A program made the position numbers and the translations under genes. The notes under the pieces were generated by a model. It saw only the letters and a program-made list of their open reading frames with translations. It was not told where the DNA came from and did no database searches. A stretch of DNA of 64,000 nucleotides from Pseudomonadota bacterium (lineage in GTDB: Bacteria; Pseudomonadota; Gammaproteobacteria; Burkholderiales; JAKAFK01), in the NCBI GenBank assembly GCA_021817985.1, contig JAKAFK010000010.1, forward strand, positions 18,710 through 82,709, read 5' to 3'. This document shows positions 47,369 to 60,156 of the stretch, one piece after another. Numbering within the stretch: the first letter of the stretch is position 1; each line of letters opens with the position of its first letter.

Positions 47369-48697
47369 CTAGTCTCTGGCGCAGGTGCGAAAGCCGGCGA
47401 AGATGTCGCGGCGGTGGGGCGGGAAGAAATTGCGGTAGGTGTTTCGGACCCCTTGCGCGCTGCTCGCCCACGCCCCGCCCCTGAGCACCTTGCGAGCGCC
47501 GAACCAGGGGGCGGAGTATTCCTTGTACGGGCTGTCCACCACATAGCCGGGGAACGGGTAGAAGGGGGAATCCGTCCATTGCCAGAGGTTGCCCAGCATT
47601 TGGCGGCAGCCGAAGGCGCTGTCTCCCGCCGGAAAGGCGGCAACGTCCGCGCAGCCGTCGCAACGGAAATCCAGGTTGGCCTGCTCGGGTGTGGGCGGTT
47701 CATTTCCCCATGGGTAGCGGCGCTTGCGCGCCCCGAGCCCGTTGCCGTCGGGCGCCGGCTCGCCGCCTGCGGCGAGCTCCCATTCCGCTTCCGTGGGCAG
47801 TCGCCGCCTTGCCCAGTGGCACCATGCTTCGGCCTCGTACCAGTTGACATGAATCACGGGCGCATGAGGTTTGAGGGGCATGCGTCGGTCGAAGTGCCGG
47901 TGCATCCACTCGGTGTCGGCGCGTTCCCAATACAGGGGGTGGTTCGCGTTTGCCGTTTGCCGCCAGCCCCACCCCTGGCGGCTCCAGAGTTCGGGTCGCA
48001 GGTATCCGCCGTCGTCGACGAACGCGGCAAATTCGGCGTTGGTCACGGGGGCCTTGGCGATGCGGAAGGGGGGGAGCTCGACCGCGTGGGCCCATTTCTC
48101 GTTATCGAAAACGAACGGGGCATCCGGTTGGGCGCCCAGAAGGCAGGTGCCGCCCGGGACGGAGACGTCCCCCGGCAGGGGTCCACCATCGGGCGGCGGG
48201 CAGGCCGTCGGGGGCGCCGGATAGGCCAGGGCCTGGCGCATGGAGGCGAACGCTTCGATGTGCATGCCCTCGTGGGCCAAGGCGAGGAGATAGAGATAGG
48301 TCTCCTCGCCATCGGGCGAGCGACCTTCCAGCCGCCGCTTCACGTCCCGCAACACGCGCGCCTTGTAGTCCAGCGTCTCCTCCCGGGAAGGGAGCGACAG
48401 GCCCCAGCGGTCGTCGTGAGCGACGGCGAAGGAATCGTAGAGCGCGTCTGCACCGGGCAGAAGCAATGCCTGGGCGCCGAGCAGGCGGAGCACGAACACA
48501 TCGTAGAAGAACGCGGTGTGCCCGAGTTCCCAGCGGAAGGGGTTGAGATGTTCGAGCCGGGGGACGCTCCATTGGGCATCGGACAGGTCGGCCACCAGGG
48601 CGAGCGTGCGGCGGTGGGATGCCTCGACCCATCGGGCGAGTGCCGGCGCCGGCACGGTGTGCCGTTTGCCGTTGCGTTCGGCCGCGGTGTCCTCCAT
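47369..48697 (-). CDS. EgtB-like sulfoxide synthase (DinB-like N-domain + FGE-sulfatase C-domain)
   Basis: NPFRWELGHTAFF and LALAHEGMHIEAF (His triad positions). C-terminal GNLWQWTDSPFYPFPGY...VLRGGAWAS...RNFFPPHRRDIFAGFRTC resembles EgtB/OvoA/SenA-type enzymes. Confidence 0.8.
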   Translation of the reverse strand: MEDTAAERNGKRHTVPAPALARWVEASHRRTLALVADLSDAQWSVPRLEHLNPFRWELGHTAFFYDVFVLRLLGAQALLLPGADALYDSFAVAHDDRWGLSLPSREETLDYKARVLRDVKRRLEGRSPDGEETYLYLLALAHEGMHIEAFASMRQALAYPAPPTACPPPDGGPLPGDVSVPGGTCLLGAQPDAPFVFDNEKWAHAVELPPFRIAKAPVTNAEFAAFVDDGGYLRPELWSRQGWGWRQTANANHPLYWERADTEWMHRHFDRRMPLKPHAPVIHVNWYEAEAWCHWARRRLPTEAEWELAAGGEPAPDGNGLGARKRRYPWGNEPPTPEQANLDFRCDGCADVAAFPAGDSAFGCRQMLGNLWQWTDSPFYPFPGYVVDSPYKEYSAPWFGARKVLRGGAWASSAQGVRNTYRNFFPPHRRDIFAGFRTCARD

Positions 48698-49139
48698 ACG
48701 TGCTTCCTCATCCCCGGGAAGAAGGGCATGCCCCCCAGACGCGACGCGTCCTGATACCCCTTGCGGCGAACAGGCCTTGCCCTGGCGCCTGGCCGATGCC
48801 CGTGCAGGGCATCACCCAAAATGTCAGCTTAGTCTGGAAGCGGTCCCGGGTCCAGGGCGCGGCGGAGCCACCGACACGCGCGCGCTTAATCCTTTGCGGG
48901 GTGGACGGAGGGAAAGCGCGCCAGCGCGGTCTCCTTTAGATGGGCGCTGATACCCTAATGCAGTATTTTCCTACCCGTATCTATAGTGAATTTTATGCGC
49001 AAAGAAAAATAATCTATCGAATCCGGGAGCTCCTTGTGAGAGCTCAAATGGCGGCAGGAAGACATGTGCGCCCCGTTCATTGTTGAGTAGATGAGGATCC
49101 ATAGATCCAGTTTATGATTCGTAGAGAAAGTTCGATCGT

Positions 49140-49159
49140 CACGTAAGTGCCACGTAAGT
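49140..49159. repeat. tandem direct repeat CACGTAAGT (x2, 11-bp register)
   Basis: Read directly: CACGTAAGTgcCACGTAAGT, in the AT-rich spacer upstream of the atp operon. Confidence 0.5.
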
Positions 49160-49530
49160 TAGGGCGCGTATAACGGGTCACATGGCCCCCTAACGAGATC
49201 CGAATGCGTTGGCCGGCCGGTTTTGACGAAAGGGTCGTCGGGCCATGCCGCTCTCCCAGTGGCGCCCGGACGCATGATAAAAACAACGGATAACGCCATG
49301 AACAAGACTATGCGCCCCTTGCGGTTCCGCCGAATCATCCCGGGCGGGCTGCCGTCCCCCTGATCCAATCTGCACCTCGCATTTTCACGCCGATTCGCTC
49401 GCGGGAACATTAGGGCGTCGGTGTCTGTCCCGGAGGCCGTTTGCGCCGGGTAGGGGTGATTTTCGCCCTAAGAAGTCGGTTTCCGCCGGGATTCGAGCCG
49501 GCGAGCGATAGTCGTTAGGAAGAGCCTCCC

Positions 49531-50941
<1,411 letters not shown>

Positions 50942-51029
50942 GGGCAGGCCTTGACCGGCAACGGACTAGGGGTCCCGGGCGCAGGGCACGGGCAATTAGT
51001 GGCTTTTCAACACTTAGGAGGATCGTAGA

Positions 51030-51323
51030 ATGACCGCCAGCATGATCAGTCAAATTTATGCCTATACCGCCATCGGCGTGGGCATCATTCTCGCGGCCGC
51101 GGGGCTAGGGTCGGCCATCGGGTGGGGCCTCATCTGCTCCAAGACCCTCGAGGGCATCTCGCGGCAGCCGGAGATGCGGCCCACCCTCATGGCGAACATG
51201 TTCATCTTCGCCGGGCTGATGGAGTCGTTTCCTTTCATTGTGCTCGCCTTTGCCATGTGGTTCCTCTTCGCCAATCCGTTCGTGGGCGCCCTAAGCGTGG
51301 CCCTGAAGGCGCTGGGCCATTAG
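51030..51323 (+). CDS. atpE: F0 ATP synthase subunit c
   Basis: 97-aa hairpin with the EGISRQPE loop and a carboxylate in FAGLMESFPF. Confidence 0.92.
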   Translation: MTASMISQIYAYTAIGVGIILAAAGLGSAIGWGLICSKTLEGISRQPEMRPTLMANMFIFAGLMESFPFIVLAFAMWFLFANPFVGALSVALKALGH

Positions 51324-51358
51324 ATCGTCCACCGATCCGAAGCAAAGGAGCGCCTGTC

Positions 51359-51829
51359 ATGCACATCGATCTAACGCTGGTCGGCCAGATGATCGCCTTC
51401 GGCCTGCTGGTCTGGTTCGTCCACAAGGTTCTGCTGGGGCCGATGCAGACGATGCTTTCGGCACGCCAGAAGCGGATCGCCGACGGGCTTGCCGCCGGTG
51501 AACGGGGCAAGCACGAGCTCGAACTCGCCCATCAGCGCGCAGCCGAGGTCCTCCGGACCGCGAAGGCGACCGCCGAAAGGATCGTGACGGAGGCCGAACG
51601 CCACCGGGCCCGGGTGATCGAAGAGGCCGGAGCGCAGGCCAAGGCCGAGGGTGAGCGCTGGCTCGCTGCGGCACGCGCCGAATTCGACCAGGAAGTGCGG
51701 CGAACGAAGGAGGGCCTGCGAGCGCAGGTCGGGCGCCTCGCCCTGGCGGGCGCAGAGAAGATCCTGCGCCAGGAGGTGGATCGTACGGTCCACGCGAAGC
51801 TCCTGGCACAGCTCGAAAGCAGCCTTTGA
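51359..51829 (+). CDS. atpF: F0 ATP synthase subunit b
   Basis: The internal ATG 51359 gives MHIDLTLVGQMIAFGLLVWFVHKVLLGPM (a single TM) followed by a long charged helix. Confidence 0.9.
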   Translation: MHIDLTLVGQMIAFGLLVWFVHKVLLGPMQTMLSARQKRIADGLAAGERGKHELELAHQRAAEVLRTAKATAERIVTEAERHRARVIEEAGAQAKAEGERWLAAARAEFDQEVRRTKEGLRAQVGRLALAGAEKILRQEVDRTVHAKLLAQLESSL

Positions 51830-51838
51830 GGGCGCCCC

Positions 51839-52384
51839 ATGCAAAACCCAGCCACCTTGGCCCGACCCTACGCCAAAGCGATCCTTCAGCTCGCGCGCCG
51901 GGACGATGCGTTCGCGCAGTGGTCTCAGATGCTTGGCCTTGTGGCGGCGGTCGCCGCCGATCCCCGCGTGCAGCGGCTGGCCGGTGACCCCCGCTTATCC
52001 GGCAGGCGGGTCGAGGCGATTTTCCTGGCGGTCGTGGGCGAGCAGCTCACCGCCCAGGCGAAGCAGCTCTTGCGGGTGCTGGCGGAGAACAAGCGCCTGC
52101 CGCTATTGCCCGACATCCGAAGCGCCTTCGAGCGCCTTCGGGCGGAAGAAGAGGGCCTGCTCGAGGTGCGCATCACGTCGGCTTTTCCGCTCGAGGCGGA
52201 CGCCATCGAGGCGCTCTCCGAGCGTATGCAAACCAGATTCGGGCGCCGCGTTCGCCCGCACGTTCATGTGGATGCCTCCTTGATCGGGGGCGTGAAGATC
52301 GAGGCGGGGGACCATGTCATCGATGCGTCGGTTTTGCACGCACTGGACGCCCTGACCACCTTGATCGATTGCCGGGAGGAATGA
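51839..52384 (+). CDS. atpH: F1 ATP synthase subunit delta (OSCP)
   Basis: [15 protein letters not shown]...[21 protein letters not shown]. Confidence 0.9.
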   Translation: MQNPATLARPYAKAILQLARRDDAFAQWSQMLGLVAAVAADPRVQRLAGDPRLSGRRVEAIFLAVVGEQLTAQAKQLLRVLAENKRLPLLPDIRSAFERLRAEEEGLLEVRITSAFPLEADAIEALSERMQTRFGRRVRPHVHVDASLIGGVKIEAGDHVIDASVLHALDALTTLIDCREE

Positions 52385-53946
52385 CCATGCAGCTCAATGC
52401 CCTGGAAATCAGCGACTTGATCCGTGATCGGATCGATTCCCTTGCCGAGGAGCCGTTGCCGCGCACGCAGGGCAGCATCGAATCGGTCACCGACGGCATC
52501 GTCCGCATTTACGGCCTCGATGCCGTGATGCAGGGCGAGATGCTCGAGTTTCCGGGCAATACGCTCGGCTTCGCCCTGAACCTCGAGCGGGATACCGTCG
52601 GCGCCGTGGTGCTGGGGGACTATGAGCATCTCACGCAGGGCGATGCCGTCTTTTGCACCGGCAAGATCCTGGAGGTGCCGGTGGGGCCGGGCCTCATCGG
52701 CCGCGTGGTGAATGCCTTGGGGCATCCGATCGACGGCAAGGGCGCGGTCGCCTCGGACCACCTCTCGCCCATCGAGCAGCCCGCCCCCGGGGTGATCGCG
52801 CGGCAGTCGGTGTCGGAGCCGCTGCAAACGGGGATCAAGGCGATCGATGCCATGGTGCCGATCGGGCGCGGGCAGCGGGAACTCATCATCGGCGACCGGC
52901 AAACCGGCAAGACCGCGATCGCCATCGACACCATCATCAACCAGAAAGGGACCGGCGTCATCTGCATCTATGTGGCCATCGGCCAGAAGGCTTCCAGCAT
53001 CGCGCAGGTCGTGCGCAAACTCGAGGAGCACGGCGCGATGGCGCACACCATCGTGGTGGCGGCGTCCGCGGCGGATCCGGCGGCCATGCAATACATTGCG
53101 CCTTACGCGGGCTGCGCCATGGGGGAATATTTCCGGGATCGCGGCCAGGATGCCCTGATCTGCTATGACGACCTGACCAAACAGGCCTGGGCTTATCGCC
53201 AGATTTCTCTGCTGCTGCGCCGGCCGCCGGGCAGGGAAGCGTATCCGGGCGATGTGTTCTACCTTCATTCCAGGCTGCTCGAGCGCGCCGCGCGCGTGAA
53301 CGCCCAACACGTTGAGCAGGCCACCGGTGGCGCCGTGACGGGGCGAACGGGATCGCTGACGGCCCTGCCCATCATCGAGACCCAGGCGGGCGACGTTTCG
53401 GCCTTCGTGCCGACGAATGTCATTTCCATCACCGATGGCCAGATCTTCCTCGAGACGGATCTGTTCAACGCGGGCATACGGCCGGCGATCAATGCCGGGC
53501 TTTCGGTCTCGCGCGTCGGGGGGGCCGCCCAGACGCGGCTCATCAAGAAGCTCGGGGGAGGCGTCCGGCTCGCGCTGGCCCAGCACCGCGAGCTGGCCGC
53601 CTTTGCCCAATTCGCGTCCGATCTCGACGAATCCACGCGCAAGCAGCTGGAGAGAGGCATGCGCATCACCGCGCTCATGAAGCAGCCGCAGTATGCGGTC
53701 ACCTCGGCCGCCGACCTGGCGCTCTTGCTGTTCGCGATCAACAAAGGGTTCATGGATGACGTCGAGGCTGCCCATGTGGGGACGTTCGAGAGAGCCCTTC
53801 GTTTCTTCATCGGGAGCCATCATGCCGCCCTCACGGCGGTGCTGGCTCAAGGCCAGGACCTCTCGAACGACACGGAAGAGGCCTTGGCCGCGGCGATCAC
53901 GCAATTCAAGTCAAACGGCGATTGGAACACCCACAAGGAGGGCTAA
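52381..53946 (+). CDS. atpA: F1 ATP synthase subunit alpha
   Basis: [24 protein letters not shown] (Walker A)...[10 protein letters not shown]. Its ATG overlaps the atpH stop (ATGA). Alternative ATG at 52387. Confidence 0.95.
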   Translation: MTMQLNALEISDLIRDRIDSLAEEPLPRTQGSIESVTDGIVRIYGLDAVMQGEMLEFPGNTLGFALNLERDTVGAVVLGDYEHLTQGDAVFCTGKILEVPVGPGLIGRVVNALGHPIDGKGAVASDHLSPIEQPAPGVIARQSVSEPLQTGIKAIDAMVPIGRGQRELIIGDRQTGKTAIAIDTIINQKGTGVICIYVAIGQKASSIAQVVRKLEEHGAMAHTIVVAASAADPAAMQYIAPYAGCAMGEYFRDRGQDALICYDDLTKQAWAYRQISLLLRRPPGREAYPGDVFYLHSRLLERAARVNAQHVEQATGGAVTGRTGSLTALPIIETQAGDVSAFVPTNVISITDGQIFLETDLFNAGIRPAINAGLSVSRVGGAAQTRLIKKLGGGVRLALAQHRELAAFAQFASDLDESTRKQLERGMRITALMKQPQYAVTSAADLALLLFAINKGFMDDVEAAHVGTFERALRFFIGSHHAALTAVLAQGQDLSNDTEEALAAAITQFKSNGDWNTHKEG

Positions 53947-55329
<1,383 letters not shown>

Positions 55330-55366
55330 CGCTTCTGCGTCCGTCGTCCTATCGCGAGGTCCATTC

Positions 55367-56230
55367 ATGGCAAGCGTCAAAGAAATCCGCGCCCAAATCA
55401 CCAGCGCCCAAAATATCCGGCGCATCACGCACACCATGGAAATGGTGGCCACCTCCCGGATGCGGCGGGCTCAAAGCCGCATGGCGGCGGCGCGTCCCTA
55501 TTGCGACAGGCTGAAGGCCGTGGCCGGCCATCTGGCGCAAGCCCATTCGGAGTATCCGCATCCTTTCCTGGTGCCGCGGGCCGCCATCCGCCGCGCAGGC
55601 GTCATTCTCATCACCTCCGACAAGGGATTGTGCGGCGGCCTCAACGCCAACGCGCTGCGGCTTACCCTGAGCCAGATCAAACAGTGGGGGGAGCAGGGCA
55701 TCGCGGCCGACATCTGCGCCATCGGGGCCAAGGGTTTCCAGTTCGCGAAGCGCGCCGGCCTTGCGGTTCGGGCGCACCAGGCCGGATTGGGCGAGACCCC
55801 CCACATCGATCAGCTGATCGGCCCCTTGACCGTGATGCTGAACGCCTACCGGGAAGGCGAGATCGATGCCCTCTATTTGTGCTATGCGCGCTTCGTGAGC
55901 GCCTTGCGCCAGGAGGCGCAGATGGAGCCTTTGCTCCCGCTGGGGGGGCAGCGGCTGGATACGCCGGCACGCCACTGGGACTATCTCTACGAGCCTGACG
56001 CCCGCAGCGTCCTCGATTTGCTGCTCGAACGCTACGTGGAGACCCTGGTTTTCCAGGCCGTCGCCGAGAACATGGCCTCCGAGCAGGCGTCTCGCATGGT
56101 GGCCATGAGGGCGGCCACCGAAAATGCTGACGACATGATCGGCGCCTTGCGACTGCTCTACAACAAGAGCCGGCAGGCTGCCATCACCAAGGAACTGTCG
56201 GAAATCGTCTCCGGCGCCGCGGCGGTCTAG
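55367..56230 (+). CDS. atpG: F1 ATP synthase subunit gamma
   Basis: MASVKEIRAQITSAQNIRRITHTMEMVATSRMRRAQ...ITSDKGLCGGLN...AAITKELSEIVSGAAAV. Colinear with E. coli gamma. It is located after atpD rather than before it. Confidence 0.95.
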   Translation: MASVKEIRAQITSAQNIRRITHTMEMVATSRMRRAQSRMAAARPYCDRLKAVAGHLAQAHSEYPHPFLVPRAAIRRAGVILITSDKGLCGGLNANALRLTLSQIKQWGEQGIAADICAIGAKGFQFAKRAGLAVRAHQAGLGETPHIDQLIGPLTVMLNAYREGEIDALYLCYARFVSALRQEAQMEPLLPLGGQRLDTPARHWDYLYEPDARSVLDLLLERYVETLVFQAVAENMASEQASRMVAMRAATENADDMIGALRLLYNKSRQAAITKELSEIVSGAAAV

Positions 56231-56260
56231 CGGACCGGAACATAAGGAGGACTGCTGGAT

Positions 56261-56680
56261 ATGGCCATGACCGTGCATGTCGACATCGTGAGCCCTGAGG
56301 AGTGCCTTTTTTCCGGGCTCGCGCGCTTTCTGATCGTTCCCGCCGAAATGGGCGAGGTCGGGATTTTCCCGCACCACGCGCCCATGATCACGCGCATCCG
56401 ACCGGGTACCGTGCGCATCGACCGGGTGCACCCGGATCCTGACGAATTCATCTTCATCTCGGGCGGGATCCTGGAAGTGCAGCCGCAATGCGTGACCATC
56501 CTGTCAGACACCGCGGTGCGTGCAAAAGATCTCGACGAGAAGGCCGCGATCGAAGCCCGGCGCAAGGCGGAGGAGGCGGTCAAGGACCGCGTCTCGGCCG
56601 CGGATTTCGCCAAGCTGCAGGCGGAGATCTCGAAGGCGCTGGCCGAGATTCAAACGGTGCGTGCCGCGCATCACGGCTGA
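56261..56680 (+). CDS. atpC: F1 ATP synthase subunit epsilon
   Basis: VHVDIVSPEECLFSGLARFLIVPAEMGEVGIFPHHAPM...GGILEVQP plus a C-terminal helical hairpin. Confidence 0.92.
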   Translation: MAMTVHVDIVSPEECLFSGLARFLIVPAEMGEVGIFPHHAPMITRIRPGTVRIDRVHPDPDEFIFISGGILEVQPQCVTILSDTAVRAKDLDEKAAIEARRKAEEAVKDRVSAADFAKLQAEISKALAEIQTVRAAHHG

Positions 56681-56688
56681 GTCCGGTT

Positions 56689-57396
56689 TCATTTCTTGCC
56701 GGCGAGCGGCAACGCGTGCATGGGCGCTACGCTCGGCGCGCGCGTGCCGGGCACGGGCGGCATGGGCGGCGCCTTAGGGATCGCAAGTGGGCCGAGCGCC
56801 GGTCCCTTGACCGGCAGCGCCGGCGCCTGGACCTTCGGGCGAAGCGCCGGGGCCGGTGGCTTACGGGGGTGGGCGCGTTTTTGCACCCCCAATATCTCCA
56901 AGGCGGCTTCCTCTGCCTGGCCGGCTGCGGCCTGGGCACGCTGTGCGGCGGCCTCAGCGCGTTTTGCGGCCGTGAGCGCCTCGCGCACGGAGGGATCCTG
57001 CGACTTCGGTGCCTTCGCGAGCGTGCACACACGCGCTTCGAAGGCGTCTCCGATGGTGTCGGGAATGATCGGGGCGGCCCCTTGCGTCATCGTGCCGTCG
57101 TCGATGAGGCGCCCGTCGGCGGCATACAGGAGGTAGCTCAGGAGGGCCAGCGTATGGGCGCCGCAATCGATGCGCTCGCGGTATAGGCCCGACCGGGCGA
57201 TCCCCTGCTTGAGTCGCTGCGGGTGGCCAAACACCACTTTCTTCCAGTAGGTGATGATCTGGTCCTGGATGACCAGATTGGAACGGTCGAAATAGTAGGC
57301 ATTGCCGTCGGTGGGCCCAGGCACCCGCGTCCATTGCGCCGCGGACGCGGGCGGACACAGCAAGAGCCAGACCAGGATGGGCGCGATTCTCTTCAT
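56689..57396 (-). CDS. exported protein with an adhesin-E-like N-domain and an Ala/Pro-rich tail
   Basis: The internal ATG 57396 gives MKRIAPILVWLLLCPPASAAQW (signal peptide). W..V.....YYFD...L......YWKKV...RIDC resembles the surface-adhesin-E family pattern. The C-terminus is low-complexity. Confidence 0.5.
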   Translation of the reverse strand: MKRIAPILVWLLLCPPASAAQWTRVPGPTDGNAYYFDRSNLVIQDQIITYWKKVVFGHPQRLKQGIARSGLYRERIDCGAHTLALLSYLLYAADGRLIDDGTMTQGAAPIIPDTIGDAFEARVCTLAKAPKSQDPSVREALTAAKRAEAAAQRAQAAAGQAEEAALEILGVQKRAHPRKPPAPALRPKVQAPALPVKGPALGPLAIPKAPPMPPVPGTRAPSVAPMHALPLAGKK

Positions 57397-57520
57397 CAAT
57401 GCTCCGCAAGGCAATCTGCCGCAGGCAGGCGTAGCCGCTACCGAGGCAGTACCCGACATTTTAAGATGTCTGCAGGAAGATCGCGAGCGGGCGGGGACAC
57501 CCTTGCGGGGGAAACCCGGG

Positions 57521-58993
57521 TCAACCGCCGTCATGCGTCCCGCCGCGCCTGTTGCGCTCTTGTGCCGACGTGCTCGGCGCGTGGCCGCTGACCACTGCGC
57601 CATCGGCGTGGCGCATGCGTGCGAAGACGGGTACAGCGAGCAAGGGGAGCAGGGCGATCACGCGGAACACGATGTGGAATGGGGCTACCGTCAGATGCGA
57701 CAGGGTCGGCGAAAGCAGTCCGAGGAGTGCGGCGCCGAGTGAGACGCCGAAGCTCACCGTCAACTGCTGGATCAGGCCCCCGAGACTGGTGGCGCGGCTG
57801 AGGCGGCGCGGCTCGACTTCGGCATAGGCTAACGTGTTCGAGGTCATGAACTGCGTGGATCGCACCAGGCCGAACACGATGATGGCGCTCGCGATGCCGA
57901 TCCGGGGGGTATCCGGTCCAATCAGGGAAAAGCTGGCGAGCACCCCTGTGCAAGCCAACGCGCTGCCGATCAGCAGGGTTCGAAAACCGAGGCGCCGCAA
58001 TGCCGGGGCCATGGCGACGCGAATCCACGGCGCGCCCAATGCTGAGAGGAAAGTGAGCGAGCCCGATGCCACCGGAGTCATGCCCAAGCCCAATTGCAGC
58101 AGCAGCGGCAGGAGGTAGACGGGGGCGTTCATCGCCACGCGGCACAATCCGCCTGCGAGGGTCGCGATCCCGAAGGCGCGTTGGCGCAACAGGCTCAGGT
58201 CGACTGCGGGATGCGACCGGCCGCGGCTGCGCCAGGCGAAGGCCAGGACGAGCCCCACGGCGATTGCCGCGGTGGCGCCCAAGGCGATCCAAGACAAGTG
58301 GCCCACGCCTTCCATGGTGAATTGAAGCAGACCCACCCCCACGCAAAACAGGGCAAATCCGGCCAAGTCGAACGGCGGCACGTCTTCGGCGGGTTGCGGG
58401 GCGACGAAGCGATAGGCCAGCGCCATGCCGAGCAAACCAAACGGCAGGTTGATGTAGAAGATCCAGCGCCAGGACAGGTAGGTCGTCAGGTAGCCGCCGA
58501 GCAATGGGCCGACGACCGGGCCGATGATGGCGGGAAGGGTGGTATACGTCATCGCCCGGACCAGTTCGTTGCGCGGGAAGCGGCGCAACAGAATGAGACG
58601 CCCGACGGGGGTCATCATGGCCCCTCCGGCGCCCTGAAGAATCCGTGTCGTCACCAGCATGGCAAAGCTATCGGCGGCGCCGCACAGGGCCGAGCCCAGG
58701 GTGAAGACGGCGAGCGCTGCAGTGAACACGCGGCGCATGCCGTAGCGATCGGCGCACCATCCGCTGAGCGGAATCAATACCGCGAGCGTGAGAATGTACG
58801 CGCTCACGGCCAGGTTCATCTGGACTGCGGAGGTGCGCAGCGCGCGCGCCATGTCCGGTATGGCCGTGGTCACGATGGTGGCGTCGAGCTGCTCCATCAG
58901 GAACGCGATCGCCACGATCAGCGGGATCAGCAGCTCCGGCCGCCGCGGACGCTCCAGTCGTTGGGCCTCGGCGACGCCGCTGCCGTCCGTCAT
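57521..58993 (-). CDS. MFS drug:H+ antiporter (DHA2/EmrB-like, about 14 TMS)
   Basis: The internal ATG 58993 gives ...LMEQLDATIVTTAIPDMARAL...RYGMRRVF.... About 490 aa. Confidence 0.85.
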   Translation of the reverse strand: MTDGSGVAEAQRLERPRRPELLIPLIVAIAFLMEQLDATIVTTAIPDMARALRTSAVQMNLAVSAYILTLAVLIPLSGWCADRYGMRRVFTAALAVFTLGSALCGAADSFAMLVTTRILQGAGGAMMTPVGRLILLRRFPRNELVRAMTYTTLPAIIGPVVGPLLGGYLTTYLSWRWIFYINLPFGLLGMALAYRFVAPQPAEDVPPFDLAGFALFCVGVGLLQFTMEGVGHLSWIALGATAAIAVGLVLAFAWRSRGRSHPAVDLSLLRQRAFGIATLAGGLCRVAMNAPVYLLPLLLQLGLGMTPVASGSLTFLSALGAPWIRVAMAPALRRLGFRTLLIGSALACTGVLASFSLIGPDTPRIGIASAIIVFGLVRSTQFMTSNTLAYAEVEPRRLSRATSLGGLIQQLTVSFGVSLGAALLGLLSPTLSHLTVAPFHIVFRVIALLPLLAVPVFARMRHADGAVVSGHAPSTSAQERNRRGGTHDGG

Positions 58994-59039
58994 CGGCGCC
59001 GCCCGGTGGCCTGGTGACCCGGCATGTCCTGCAAGCGCC

Positions 59040-59603
59040 TTAAGCCCGTGCCGCGTCGAGGAGGGCGATGATCTCCTCCGTCGACCCCGTCTCCCCCAGT
59101 CGCGGGAAAATCGCCTCGAGGCTGTTGGCATGGGCGCGGGGGTTTGTATCCGTCATCGCGTCTACTGCCAGCGCCACATGAAAGCCGATCTCGTACGCTT
59201 GACGCGCAGTCGACTCGACGCCGATGCTGGTGGATACCCCGCACATCACCACCTGGGTGACCCCGAGCGCCTTCAATCGTTCGGCGAGATCCGTGTGCGT
59301 GAACGCACCCCATGTTCGCTTGGTGACGAGCAGATCCTGCGGCTGTTGGTCCAGTTCGGGCAGCAGGTCCGTCCAGCCGGCGGGAAACCCATCGAGGCGC
59401 CGTCCCTGTTCCGTTCGTCCGGGTGCCGTGCCCGCGACGTTGACGAGGACAACCGGCAAGTGGTAGCGCCGAAACGCGGCGGCAAGGGCGCCTGCCCGTC
59501 GGGCGATCCGAGAAACCGGGTGCTCCGTGGGGAGGGCCGCAATGCCCTTCTGGATGTCGATTACGATCAGCGCGGGGGTCGGGTCAAGCGCGGAAATGGT
59601 CAT
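59040..59603 (-). CDS. isochorismatase-family cysteine hydrolase
   Basis: ALIVIDIQKG...VTKRTWGAF...QVVMCGVSTSIGVEST (catalytic Cys). Confidence 0.85.
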   Translation of the reverse strand: MTISALDPTPALIVIDIQKGIAALPTEHPVSRIARRAGALAAAFRRYHLPVVLVNVAGTAPGRTEQGRRLDGFPAGWTDLLPELDQQPQDLLVTKRTWGAFTHTDLAERLKALGVTQVVMCGVSTSIGVESTARQAYEIGFHVALAVDAMTDTNPRAHANSLEAIFPRLGETGSTEEIIALLDAARA

Positions 59604-59663
59604 GGGCGTTACTCCGTGATGGGCGTGCCGTCTCTTCGATCCAAGGCGGTCGCAGTAGGGGGG

Positions 59664-60101
59664 TCAGCCGTCGCTGAGCCGCTTGAGCAACGGGGTGGCC
59701 GTTGCCAGGATCTGCAGCTCCTTCTCGCTCAGCCGGGCCAAGGCCGCCTCCATCCACTGCTGCTGGGCTGCGCTGCGCCGCTTTCTCTCTTTCATGCCCA
59801 AGGGCGTCAGCGCGAACAGGATCTGTCGGCCATCGGTCGGATGGGGATGGCGCTCGACGAAACCCGCCGCCTCCAGGCCGGCCAGTATGGCACCCATCGA
59901 CTGCGGCTTGACCGATTCTGCGCGCGCAAGGTCGGCGGTGGTCATCGGTCCCTGGGCCTCGAGTCGCGCCATGGCGCTCAGTTGGGACAGCGTGAGTTCG
60001 CCGGAATTCATCTGGGCACGCAGTCGGCGGACCAATTGCCCAACGGCGAGCTTGAGGTCGATGGCGACATCGTGCGGGCTAGGATCGGGACTGCGACTCA
60101 T
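59664..60101 (-). CDS. MarR-family transcriptional regulator
   Basis: The internal ATG 60101 gives ...LTLSQLSAMARLEAQGPMTTADLARAESVKPQSMGAILAGLEAAGFVER.... A winged HTH. First gene of the marR-isochorismatase-MFS string. Confidence 0.85.
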   Translation of the reverse strand: MSRSPDPSPHDVAIDLKLAVGQLVRRLRAQMNSGELTLSQLSAMARLEAQGPMTTADLARAESVKPQSMGAILAGLEAAGFVERHPHPTDGRQILFALTPLGMKERKRRSAAQQQWMEAALARLSEKELQILATATPLLKRLSDG

Positions 60102-60156
60102 GGCACGATGGTACGGGTAAAAAGGAAAGCTGGCAAGGTTAACTGGCAAGGGCGAC

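Noticed and set aside
49470-49510. tRNA-like T-arm (GCCGG-GATTCGAG-CCGGC), a possible tRNA gene or att-site remnant.
   Set aside because: The loop is 8 nt. No acceptor, D or anticodon arms can be built at tRNA spacing: the nearest complementary 5' segment is about 117 nt away. There is no CCA or flanking integrase.
48900-49530. Possible chromosomal replication origin, suggested by the AT-rich stretch, GATC clustering and proximity to the atp operon as in E. coli.
   Set aside because: I found no consensus DnaA box (TTATCCACA/TGTGGATAA). The best matches carry one or more mismatches (TTATGCGCA, TTATCCGTT). There are no gidA/gidB/dnaA/dnaN neighbours and no 13-mer-like repeats. The region is kept only as an unexplained spacer.
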